Source: a virus (taxonomy: Duplodnaviria > Heunggongvirae > Uroviricota > Caudoviricetes). Taken from it: 64,000 nucleotides of DNA. Made by a program: the position numbers and the translations under genes. Positions 1 through 7,464 of this stretch are shown in pieces. The DNA is taken from positions 1-64,000 of the IMG/VR virus record IMGVR_UViG_3300044675_001501; one strand, given 5' to 3'. The notes under the pieces are model-generated. The model had not been told where the DNA came from and ran no database searches. It saw nothing but the letters and a program-made list of their open reading frames with translations. Position 1 is the first letter of the stretch, and each line of letters opens with the position of its first letter.

Positions 1-39
1 TTATTTCCCTGCATGTAAACATTAGTATAGAAATCCAAA

Positions 40-597
40 TTAAACTCCGTACATAAGCATCATAGCATCATAGGCGCAATCATGAATAGGATTGTGCTTG
101 ATTACATTGTGTCGTTTGAATGTTGGATGATCAACATCGCAGTAACCGTTCTTAGCTGTGGTAGATAAACAATCAACTGCTGTTCTGACATCACGCCAGT
201 TATTATACGGGAAAATAAGTTCTTCGTCAATCTTCTTACATAGCGAATCAATAATAACTTGATCGAAAGAACCTCGAGACCATACGGTATGATCACGACC
301 ATGCTTTGCGACATATTCTTTTAGAATGCGAATACCTTCTTGCGGTGTTAGATCTTGCGGAGTTGGGTCAAAAGAAGTAGCACGAATAGAAGGATGAATC
401 TTATCCCACCATTCTAATGTTTCTTTAGAGATTGATCTGTTATATTCTCTCGCTTGCAGTTTAGAATTAAACTTAACAAAACATGCATTGCTCAACATGG
501 TTTCATAATCGTCACCTTGTTGAACGAAGATTAAAGCAGCAGAAAGAACAACAGCAGTAGACTCAGCGTCTAGCGTCTCTATATCAAAAATGTACAT
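40..597 (-). CDS. dexA: DexA-like 3'-5' exonuclease (DnaQ/DEDD fold)
   Basis: Exo I motif 'FDIETLD'. Similarity to T4 DexA ('WSRGSFD', C-terminal 'HNPIHDCAYDAMMLMY'). Start placed at the ATG at 597, which has a GGAG RBS 7 nt upstream; the track start at 657 is a longer upstream start. Confidence 0.7.
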   Translation of the reverse strand: MYIFDIETLDAESTAVVLSAALIFVQQGDDYETMLSNACFVKFNSKLQAREYNRSISKETLEWWDKIHPSIRATSFDPTPQDLTPQEGIRILKEYVAKHGRDHTVWSRGSFDQVIIDSLCKKIDEELIFPYNNWRDVRTAVDCLSTTAKNGYCDVDHPTFKRHNVIKHNPIHDCAYDAMMLMYGV

Positions 598-628
598 GAT
601 AACTCCAATGAGAAATGCCTCAAGTATT

Positions 629-657
629 ATTATACCTGAGGCATTAATAAAAAGCAA
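629..657 (-). promoter_or_regulatory. sigma-70-like early promoter TTGCTT-17-TATAAT upstream of dexA
   Basis: Read on minus strand. -10 at 629-634, -35 at 652-657, spacer 17 nt. Confidence 0.4.
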
Positions 658-662
658 ATGTA

Positions 663-995
663 TTATTGCACTTTTGCAGCACTTAGAATTTGAGCAGCTT
701 CTTCCTTTGTAAGAATTTCTAAACCACTACCAAAAAGTCTGCTGTATTCATTGATAAGTTTTTCAGCTGGCTCACACTCAGCAGCAATACTTGTCCAAAA
801 TACTTTGACTCTTCCATCTTTTGCAAAAGGCATATATGGTGCCATAACACCATCAGTCTTACCATCTGCTGTGCTCTTCAAGAAGATAATAGCAGGGTTG
901 ACTACTGAAAGATATTCAGGTGCTGTGCCTGCGGTATCATCTTCTTTTGCAATTAATACATCACCATTAATTAATCTAAATGTTCTTACGTTCAT
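663..995 (-). CDS. hypothetical protein
   Basis: Minus-strand ORF. An internal ATG at 995 is preceded by AGGAG at 5-nt spacing and forms an ATGA overlap with the upstream ORF stop; the track start at 1028 is also ATG. Confidence 0.45.
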   Translation of the reverse strand: MNVRTFRLINGDVLIAKEDDTAGTAPEYLSVVNPAIIFLKSTADGKTDGVMAPYMPFAKDGRVKVFWTSIAAECEPAEKLINEYSRLFGSGLEILTKEEAAQILSAAKVQ

Positions 996-1204
996 ATGTT
1001 CTCCTGTGCAATTAACCATTCGACCCATTCGCTCGCTTCTACATAATTAACGAACTGCTGGATCAATACCTTGTCAGCATCATAAACATGCTGAGCTACC
1101 ACCATGACAAACTTGTCATTGAATACGGATACCTTCAACAGCCAAGATGCTCTTCGCACAAGCTGATAAGATACTAGATGTTTGTAGATACGTGATTTCA
1201 TCAT
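992..1204 (-). CDS. hypothetical small protein (70 aa)
   Basis: ORF is ATGA-coupled to the downstream gene. No clear RBS. Confidence 0.3.
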   Translation of the reverse strand: MMKSRIYKHLVSYQLVRRASWLLKVSVFNDKFVMVVAQHVYDADKVLIQQFVNYVEASEWVEWLIAQENI

Positions 1205-1244
1205 ACTTCTATTTAGTATGATGAAGTGGGGAGTTTCCTCCCCA
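1200..1244. other. two adjacent hairpins in intergenic spacer
   Basis: CATCATACT-n7-AGTATGATG and GTGGGGAG-TTTC-CTCCCCAC. The T-run follows on the + strand only. Confidence 0.3.
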
Positions 1245-1323
1245 CCAGATTTATTTTTGATTTGGATTTGTTGGAGTCTTTCCGTTTACCCAATCCCAAT
1301 CATCATCTGTCATAGGAAGCCAA

Positions 1324-1848
1324 TTACAACCTTTCTGATAAATCATCTTTTTCCTTTTCTGTTAAAAGTTGTTTATCAGTTTTCTTCGCTTCACCTTTTT
1401 CTGCAATATCAATTTTCTGTGGCTTCTTATGCTCAGGAATAATACGCTCAAGAGCAATCTTCAACATACCATTAATTAATTCTGCACCTTTGATCTCTAC
1501 TTGATCATTCAGCGCAAAGGTATGTGTAAAGTTACGAGTAGCGATTCCCTTATGCAACCACTCTAGTGCTGTGTTATCTTCATTTGCCTTACCTTTAACA
1601 ATTAGTTTGTCATCAGCAAATTCGATTTCTAGTTCCTGTTTTGTGAAACCAGCAACAGCCATCTCAACAACATACTTATTTTCTGCTGTCTTCTTGATAT
1701 TGAATGGTGGATAGTTTGGAACATTTTTGGTCAGATCGTCATGCATTTTTGCTAGACGATTGAATTGATCATCGAAACCGACAAAGAACTTGTCGAAATC
1801 TTTGAACTGAGGGTGTAACATTGTATCTGGTAGCCATTTGTGTACCAT
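1324..1848 (-). CDS. hsp20: small heat-shock protein, Hsp20/alpha-crystallin family (IbpA-like)
   Basis: Strong similarity to E. coli IbpA ('YPPFNI', 'AVAGF.K.ELEIE', 'GIATRNF', 'LERIIPE..KP'). hsp20 is a common gene in marine T4-like phages. Confidence 0.85.
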   Translation of the reverse strand: MVHKWLPDTMLHPQFKDFDKFFVGFDDQFNRLAKMHDDLTKNVPNYPPFNIKKTAENKYVVEMAVAGFTKQELEIEFADDKLIVKGKANEDNTALEWLHKGIATRNFTHTFALNDQVEIKGAELINGMLKIALERIIPEHKKPQKIDIAEKGEAKKTDKQLLTEKEKDDLSERL

Positions 1849-2140
1849 AATAGTCTCCTTATTAAGCGAGTTATAAAATTACTACCCCGAAGGCGTAGCA
1901 GTTTAAATAGTCGGCTTTTAACGTAGTTACCGACCAACTACGTTCCCATCCCGATTGGGATCAGATTTATTTAGCGATTTGCGATATACATTGTAATCTC
2001 AAATCCAAAACGCATATCAGTAGCTACTGGTTTTGTCCACATAATTATCTCCTTGGTTAATTGTCCGAACTGGACAATAATACTTATCCCTACTGTGGCG
2101 ATAAGTCCCTAAGGATTTTCATTAAAAACTCATAAATTAT

Positions 2141-2557
2141 TTAGCGTTTTTTTCCGATATTATACTTAGGAACTAATTCCCATTCATCTTTTTCTTTATG
2201 CGTAACTACTTTAATCTGCGACAAAGATGCTTTCGGCTCTGACTTAGATGGTAGCATAATCTTTAACAAACCCCAATCTTGCAAAAGACCAGCAATAGTA
2301 TTGCGTCTCTCAACATCATTGGATGTAATGTTAGATTCTTTACCGTCTAGAGCGAACAGCTCTTTAAAGTGCACAATAAAGTACCTGCCCTGCTTATGTA
2401 AGATATGGCAAGACTGGTATAATTTTTTATCTTTACGGGAAGCGATACCAATACGAGTTAGAGTCTCTCTAACCTTCAGGAAATTGTCTGGTTCTGGTAG
2501 GGTCACTTCTAGCATGGACTCTGGAGTCCAATCGTAATAAACCATTTCAACACTCAT
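2141..2557 (-). CDS. regA: RegA translational repressor of early genes
   Basis: Close match to T4 RegA ('FLKVRETLTRIGIA', 'KLYQSCHILHKQG.YFIVHFKE', 'WELVPKYNIG'). Position after gp62 matches T4. Confidence 0.85.
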   Translation of the reverse strand: MSVEMVYYDWTPESMLEVTLPEPDNFLKVRETLTRIGIASRKDKKLYQSCHILHKQGRYFIVHFKELFALDGKESNITSNDVERRNTIAGLLQDWGLLKIMLPSKSEPKASLSQIKVVTHKEKDEWELVPKYNIGKKR

Positions 2558-2943
2558 GATTTTCCACCCTTATATAATTTTTCTTCTATTTCTTTCAGTT
2601 GATCATCCGTAAGTATGCTCATAGCAACTTTCGCCTTTTCATCAGAATACTTAAAATATTCTTTAACTAAGGAGAAGTGTTTACCTAATTTTTCCTTTTC
2701 GTTCCATTTGGAAAAACGCTTCTTCTTAACTACACTATTTAGTAAAAACGAAAATTGCCATTCTGGTGGAATCTGTGAGTACTGGTTTACTACATTAGCA
2801 TATGCTACAGTGTCTACAAAGTAAGACAAGCCCCTGTTAATGATAAAGGCGCTCTTCTTGTAGTCCTTGGAAGCCAAAGAATCCTTCTTTAGCAAGTCCT
2901 CCTTTGTGTAGGAAATAGCGTTAATAAAGTCAAATGGATTCAT
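2554..2943 (-). CDS. 62: clamp-loader small subunit gp62-like
   Basis: Position between gp44 and regA. Weak motif similarity to T4 gp62 ('KDYKK', 'KKKRFSKW' vs 'RGKRYGKW'). ATGA coupling on both sides. Confidence 0.55.
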   Translation of the reverse strand: MNPFDFINAISYTKEDLLKKDSLASKDYKKSAFIINRGLSYFVDTVAYANVVNQYSQIPPEWQFSFLLNSVVKKKRFSKWNEKEKLGKHFSLVKEYFKYSDEKAKVAMSILTDDQLKEIEEKLYKGGKS

Positions 2944-3254
2944 GATAAGTTCTCTAGGACTTCTTTTTCTACAATAAATTTAGTATTGGGATAACGCTTA
3001 ACCATGGCTTCCAGCAAAGAATCTCTGGTGTTACCCTGAGCGATAAACTCATCGGTGTCATAGTTATATGCGAAAAGGAATCCCTGCTCTTTTTCGAAGT
3101 ATATACGGACTATCTCCTGGTCATCCTGGTGCTCTTCCATCTGATTGAGCATTTTCCTGACTTCATTCTTTGCAGTCAGTTCTCGTAATGCCCAACCAAG
3201 TTTATAGCACATCCAACCATAGAGTAGGATAAGTAATAGATCTAAGACGTTCAT
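2940..3254 (-). CDS. hypothetical membrane-anchored protein (N-terminal TM helix)
   Basis: ORF inserted between gp44 and gp62. Hydrophobic N-terminus 'LDLLLILLYGWMCYKLGW'. ATG at 3254 overlaps the gp44 stop (ATGA). Confidence 0.4.
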   Translation of the reverse strand: MNVLDLLLILLYGWMCYKLGWALRELTAKNEVRKMLNQMEEHQDDQEIVRIYFEKEQGFLFAYNYDTDEFIAQGNTRDSLLEAMVKRYPNTKFIVEKEVLENLS

Positions 3255-4192
3255 TTGAATTTGCAATTTACCATTAGTTCAGTCAACGCTGCCATCATAT
3301 TTATTTCCTGATCAGCTACGAAAGCAGACTTGTACTGATAGTCTGCTAGGGTTACCACTAGCTGAGGGATAGATGATGGATCCATAATCTCAATTGCTTT
3401 GTCATAAAGATTACGGAAAATATGGGCAGTTCCCATATCAGCATTCTTACCAACCCAACGACGAATGTCTGTATACTTCTTCGTCTTTAGTAAATCTACA
3501 AGTTCTTTAAATGATTCATCACTAACATTCAGAAGAATACCAGAATCAATCTTACCTGAAACTGAATAACGCTGAAGTTCATTCAGAGTTCTACGGAAGT
3601 CTGGGAAATGTTTTGTGACGAGTTCAGCTACAACCTTAGAGTCAAACTCTACCTGTTCAGAAGATAGAATGTCAACAATACGCTTATAGAAAGCAGCTGC
3701 GATCTTTGGCTTCTCGCCATTGTCGATTTTAAAATCAACATTAATGCAGCGAGACTGAAGAGCATCAAGAAGACGATGCTTAAAATTACAAGTAAAGATG
3801 AAGCGGCAATTGCCAGCAAACTCTTCAATAAACGCACGCAATGCAGGTTGTACTGAGTCGGCATTCATATAATCAGCCTCATCAATAATAACAACCTTCT
3901 TTGCTTCTGTCAAAGAAACAGTTGAAGCAAAAGATTTAATAACAGTTCGGAGAGTGTCGATAGAACGACCTTCGTCCGAACCGTTAATCATCAAATATTC
4001 TGCGCCAACTTCATCACATAGTGCTTTTGCTACAGTAGTTTTACCAACACCAGCTGTTCCGCTGAAAATAAAATTAGGAAGTTCACCACTAGCGATGAAC
4101 TCCTTAAAAGTTTTCTTCAGAGATTCTGGTAAAATACAATCATCAATTTTCTGCGGACGATACTTCTCAACCCACAAATAGTGTTCACTCAT
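3251..4192 (-). CDS. 44: clamp-loader ATPase gp44 (RFC-like AAA+)
   Basis: Walker A 'GTAGVGKTT', Walker B 'IIDEADYM' and an SRC motif 'LQSRC'. Size is about 313 aa and it sits next to gp45. Confidence 0.9.
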   Translation of the reverse strand: MSEHYLWVEKYRPQKIDDCILPESLKKTFKEFIASGELPNFIFSGTAGVGKTTVAKALCDEVGAEYLMINGSDEGRSIDTLRTVIKSFASTVSLTEAKKVVIIDEADYMNADSVQPALRAFIEEFAGNCRFIFTCNFKHRLLDALQSRCINVDFKIDNGEKPKIAAAFYKRIVDILSSEQVEFDSKVVAELVTKHFPDFRRTLNELQRYSVSGKIDSGILLNVSDESFKELVDLLKTKKYTDIRRWVGKNADMGTAHIFRNLYDKAIEIMDPSSIPQLVVTLADYQYKSAFVADQEINMMAALTELMVNCKFK

Positions 4193-4209
4193 AATATATC
4201 CTCAATTGT

Positions 4210-4494
4210 TTACTTAGAATGTACTGCCTTTAAAGTGCGCTCAAAAATAAGTCGCATATTTTCGTCATAAACATCATCATCAAATTCATCTTGCGTCATA
4301 CATGGTTTAGTTTCAGCCTCAGTCATCCATTCTGGAGGGTTGCCGAAAAAACCAATTGGGGCAAGTGCCATACGGAATCTTATCATAGAGCCTGACATAC
4401 CTAGCTGAGTATCACCTGGAGCAGCATGCTCAGCGATCAGTTTGCCACGACGAACCAATTCCATAATCACTTCATCACGTTGTGTAGTAATCAT
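4210..4494 (-). CDS. hypothetical protein (94 aa)
   Basis: ORF between gp45 and gp44. No recognisable motifs. Confidence 0.35.
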   Translation of the reverse strand: MITTQRDEVIMELVRRGKLIAEHAAPGDTQLGMSGSMIRFRMALAPIGFFGNPPEWMTEAETKPCMTQDEFDDDVYDENMRLIFERTLKAVHSK

Positions 4495-4496
4495 AA

Positions 4497-5159
4497 TTAT
4501 TCAAATGTAGAGTCAGCTTCAACAGCAACGAAATAAACTAAATCTGAAGTAGAAGATTGGAAACGACTGATCTTCTTGTTAGAGATTGCGACAGAATAGT
4601 TTCCTGGGATCATCTTAAGATTATCTACCTTCAAGTTTACCTTGAACGATTTATCAGTGTCAGAAAGTGCAACTTCATAAGCATTAGCTGCTGCATTCTT
4701 TTTGTCAGCAACAACGATCTTCATTTTAGAACCATCACCAACTACGCTTACGTCAGCTGAGTGAAGAACAGAAGCAGTACGCTGAACCATAGCAAGAGTT
4801 GCTGCGGTTAAGTCAAAAGTAATATCTTCTGATGGCAGTTGAATCTGCTTTGCTGGAGGAATAGTCAAAGTGCCAGCATCAGCAGCATAGTAACGAATAG
4901 AGTTATTACCTTGCTTGATACGAACAGACTTCTCAGAGAACTCTAGATCGGGATCTTCAAACAAAGATAATGCGCCAAGGAATTCATTAAGATCATAGAT
5001 AGCAAACTCGCTATCGAAAGTCTCAGGAACTGTGATAGATGCCATCACGTTTTTCTGAGCAGAAATCGTTGCGAGTTTAGAACCTTCTTTGATCAAAAGG
5101 TTTCCATTAATGGATGCGAAATTCTTTAGAACTCCGACTGTTTCTTTAGATAACTTCAT
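4497..5159 (-). CDS. 45: sliding clamp gp45
   Basis: Close N-terminal match to T4 gp45 ('MKLSKETVGVLKNFASIN', 'FAIYDLNEFLGALSL'). ATG at 5159 has an AGGAGA RBS; the track start at 5174 is TTG. Confidence 0.9.
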   Translation of the reverse strand: MKLSKETVGVLKNFASINGNLLIKEGSKLATISAQKNVMASITVPETFDSEFAIYDLNEFLGALSLFEDPDLEFSEKSVRIKQGNNSIRYYAADAGTLTIPPAKQIQLPSEDITFDLTAATLAMVQRTASVLHSADVSVVGDGSKMKIVVADKKNAAANAYEVALSDTDKSFKVNLKVDNLKMIPGNYSVAISNKKISRFQSSTSDLVYFVAVEADSTFE

Positions 5160-5198
5160 ATTTTCTCCTATCAATTAAACACATAACTATGTATATAC

Positions 5199-5227
5199 AT
5201 TATACCCCAGAAATGGGGTATAGTCAA
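5199..5227 (-). promoter_or_regulatory. sigma-70-like early promoter TTGACT-17-TATAAT upstream of gp45 operon
   Basis: -10 at 5199-5204, -35 at 5222-5227. The spacer contains the hairpin ATACCCCA-GAAA-TGGGGTAT. Confidence 0.5.
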
Positions 5228-5228
5228 A

Positions 5229-6032
5229 TTATTTTTGCATCATCAAAGCATTGAAGTTAGCAGGAACAACAATGGTCTGCACTCGACCATTCTTAATACC
5301 CTCAGAGATATTCAACGCAGCTTGAGCTTGCATAAAAGCAATAGAACTGGCAGAGTTATTGGCAAGAGCAGCCATACGCTCAGCTTCCTTCTTAGCAGTT
5401 TGAACCTCTACTTCTTTCTGCTTGTATTCATTCTTAGCACGAACCAAAGCATTAGCAGATTCAACAACACTGTCAGCTGGGACTACGTTACGAATTAAGA
5501 CTTGGCTAATTGTAATTGAACCATCAAGTTTTTCTTCAGCAAGATTCTTTTGAATCTCTTCTTGAATCATACGCTCCATATTCTCACGATTGTCTGCCAT
5601 ATCAAGTGCTTCATATTTACGAGCAGCTTTATAGATGGCATTACGAGCATTCTGAACAACGTAGTTATACATTACGTAGGTGTCACCCTTGAACTCAGCG
5701 TGGAATGCTTTGTTCTTAGTTGAGTAGAGTTCTGCTACAGTTTGTGGATTGATGTTGTAAACAACAACAGCATCTAGATCTTTCATAGTGCTATTATCTT
5801 TTGCTACTGGAGTCATATCCTGAAGGACTACGTTAACATCTTTCACTGGGAATGTCAAAACATCACCAATCATAGTTTGGTTAAAAGATCCAGGCAGCAA
5901 CTCTCCTGGTTTAACCTGCTTATCAAAGCCAACTCGAACACCAACCTCGCCTGTCTCAATACGAGTGCAGCCAGTAGCCAGAGCAACAGTAGCAACCAGA
6001 GCAGAGATTTTCAACATTTGTTTCATGATCAT
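5229..6032 (-). CDS. SPFH/band-7 (prohibitin/HflK-like) lipoprotein
   Basis: Signal peptide plus lipobox 'LATGC'. SPFH-type central domain followed by a coiled-coil tail ('KQKEVEVQTAKKEAERMAALAN'). Confidence 0.7.
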   Translation of the reverse strand: MIMKQMLKISALVATVALATGCTRIETGEVGVRVGFDKQVKPGELLPGSFNQTMIGDVLTFPVKDVNVVLQDMTPVAKDNSTMKDLDAVVVYNINPQTVAELYSTKNKAFHAEFKGDTYVMYNYVVQNARNAIYKAARKYEALDMADNRENMERMIQEEIQKNLAEEKLDGSITISQVLIRNVVPADSVVESANALVRAKNEYKQKEVEVQTAKKEAERMAALANNSASSIAFMQAQAALNISEGIKNGRVQTIVVPANFNALMMQK

Positions 6033-6038
6033 TTTCCT

Positions 6039-6215
6039 TTAAAATAAAACAACAATACCAACCATAACAATTACAACCAAAGCAGAAATACCAAGAGAGT
6101 ATGCTGTAATTTTAGCAAGACTCAATTTTTCTTTGTTAGTCATTTTTCTAAACATGTCTATGCCAGTAAAGAAAATAATAAACAAAGAGATGAAAGCGAG
6201 AACTATCTTAATCAT
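6039..6215 (-). CDS. small membrane protein with two TM helices (58 aa), not in ORF track
   Basis: Hand translation gives MIKIVLAFISLFIIFFTGIDMFRKMTNKEKLSLAKITAYSLGISALVVIVMVGIVVLF. Its ATG overlaps the stop of the upstream gene (ATGA). It lies immediately upstream of the SPFH gene, as NfeD-like partners of SPFH proteins do. Confidence 0.45.
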   Translation of the reverse strand: MIKIVLAFISLFIIFFTGIDMFRKMTNKEKLSLAKITAYSLGISALVVIVMVGIVVLF

Positions 6216-6550
6216 TTTTCTTCCTTAGAATATTTTACATCATGCTCATATAGAAAGTAAAGGCAGCACATTGCATGCGCCAAATGATGAATACCAGATT
6301 CAGGATCTAATTGTTCACCTTCTTTCCACGCCCATAGATGTCTTTGCATAGCATCAAAGTATCTACGCTTAGAATCGGGAACAAATTTCCAGTTGTCTGG
6401 TTCATATTTTTCTGCTCCGAATGTAAGGACTTTAACCATTTCTTTCAGAGCGAGTGGTGGGACTAGCCCATATTGAAGTTTGCCACCATCAAACTTTCTA
6501 CCGCCAGTGGTAGAATTCTGAGATTGTTCAATTTCTTTTTTAGTTGCCAT
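6212..6550 (-). CDS. dATP/dGTP pyrophosphohydrolase-like domain protein
   Basis: Motif 'KFDGGKLQYGLVPPLALKEMVKVLTFGAEKYEPDNW' is typical of the phage dATP/dGTP diphosphohydrolase N-terminal domain family. Confidence 0.55.
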   Translation of the reverse strand: MATKKEIEQSQNSTTGGRKFDGGKLQYGLVPPLALKEMVKVLTFGAEKYEPDNWKFVPDSKRRYFDAMQRHLWAWKEGEQLDPESGIHHLAHAMCCLYFLYEHDVKYSKEEK

Positions 6551-6572
6551 AGATCCTCCAAGTGAGAATGAC

Positions 6573-6597
6573 TATGGGCACTCTAGGAATGCCCATA
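6573..6597 (-). promoter_or_regulatory. 8-bp stem-loop in the 5' leader of 6212..6550
   Basis: TATGGGCA-ctctaggaa-TGCCCATA lies between the upstream gene stop and the GGAGGAT RBS. Confidence 0.3.
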
Positions 6598-6607
6598 AGC
6601 AGGTCAC

Positions 6608-6868
6608 TTACGCAAAGAGACCAAGGCGATACGCAGCTGCTACCATCGCACGAGTAGGCTTACCAATGCGATACTTTACAACTGGCTCACCCTTACTATC
6701 GCTTTTAGAGTTTGCGTAAACGCAATAACCCTGCTCGCGAAGATTGCGAATAGCAGATGCGGGATGGGCGATACCGAACTGACCACGGATTTGTGAAGCA
6801 GTTAGTTCTTTACCATTTTGTAGAACCTGCAAAAGTTTAGATTGACGACTCATAGATTTAATCCTCAT
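6608..6868 (-). CDS. small putative winged-helix DNA-binding protein
   Basis: 86-aa basic protein with an HTH-like segment 'LTASQIRGQFGIAHPASAIRNLREQG'. Confidence 0.35.
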   Translation of the reverse strand: MRIKSMSRQSKLLQVLQNGKELTASQIRGQFGIAHPASAIRNLREQGYCVYANSKSDSKGEPVVKYRIGKPTRAMVAAAYRLGLFA

Positions 6869-6889
6869 TCAAGTCAATACCATCAAACG

Positions 6890-6929
6890 AAAAAAAGTCA
6901 AGAGTGGTGATGGCATTCCCACTCTTGAC
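6890..6929 (-). terminator. rho-independent terminator
   Basis: Perfect 11-bp stem GTCAAGAGTGG/CCACTCTTGAC with an 11-nt loop, followed on the minus strand by T7. It lies just downstream of 6947..7324. Confidence 0.65.
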
Positions 6930-6946
6930 TGTCAAACCAAGTCAGC

Positions 6947-7324
6947 TTAGACTTGGATACCGTTAGCACGAAGTTCTGCGGTAAACTCATCTTCATCGAT
7001 AGACACTGGCTCAGCGTCCTCGATAATTTTCTCGAGCTTCTTCTTAGCAGCAGCAGTTTGCTTAGCTACTGCATCTTTGACTGAACCTGTAGACTTCGGT
7101 CCAGGAAACGCAAAAACTCCACGCGAAATTGTGTTGTTAGCAGACAACCAAAGCGGATAACCAATTTTTGGAGCACCGTCGGTGCGCTTCTCATGAAGAT
7201 CCCAAAAAAGTTTTTGAACTTCTTTGGTCGTAATAGTCTCAGCCGAAGCAAGTTTCGGATTGAGAGAAATAAAAGCATCGATACAACGCTTTTGACCCTT
7301 AGACAAATCAGCATATTTCAGCAT
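6947..7324 (-). CDS. hypothetical protein sharing a ~45-aa domain with the N-terminus of the CobS-like ATPase
   Basis: 'KIGYPLWLSANNTISRGVFAFPG' aligns with 'KFPSWLMTNKVGRGLYAIPGG' in the 7451..8626 product. A perfect sigma-70 promoter lies upstream. Confidence 0.5.
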   Translation of the reverse strand: MLKYADLSKGQKRCIDAFISLNPKLASAETITTKEVQKLFWDLHEKRTDGAPKIGYPLWLSANNTISRGVFAFPGPKSTGSVKDAVAKQTAAAKKKLEKIIEDAEPVSIDEDEFTAELRANGIQV

Positions 7325-7378
7325 AGTTTAACTCCTGTGTGTGTTAATAAAAAAGAAACTACTCAACTTTACAACTAT

Positions 7379-7407
7379 AATTATACCCCGACTGGGCATA
7401 AATGTCA
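7379..7407 (-). promoter_or_regulatory. perfect sigma-70 consensus promoter TTGACA-17-TATAAT
   Basis: Minus strand reads 'TTGACAtttatgcccagtcggggTATAAT'. It lies upstream of 6947..7324. Confidence 0.6.
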
Positions 7408-7441
7408 AGCATAACCCTACAGTTTGCAAGGTTATTTTCAG

Positions 7442-7464
7442 CCTTTAAAATCAAGGACTTACAG
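7442..7464. repeat. 23-nt exact direct repeat copy B (cctttaaaatcaaggacttacag)
   Basis: Overlaps the last codons and stop of the cobS-like gene. It is followed ~33 nt later by the perfect sigma-70 promoter at 7379-7407. Confidence 0.6.

Noticed and set aside
1849-2140. Possible tRNA gene in the structured hsp20 upstream spacer.
   Set aside because: No segment shows the cloverleaf arrangement or a GTTCRANYC T-loop. Only isolated hairpins are present.
4210-4494. The 94-aa ORF next to gp45 was first suspected to be regA from its position.
   Set aside because: The true RegA homolog is 2141..2557, with a strong match to T4 RegA. This ORF has no similarity.
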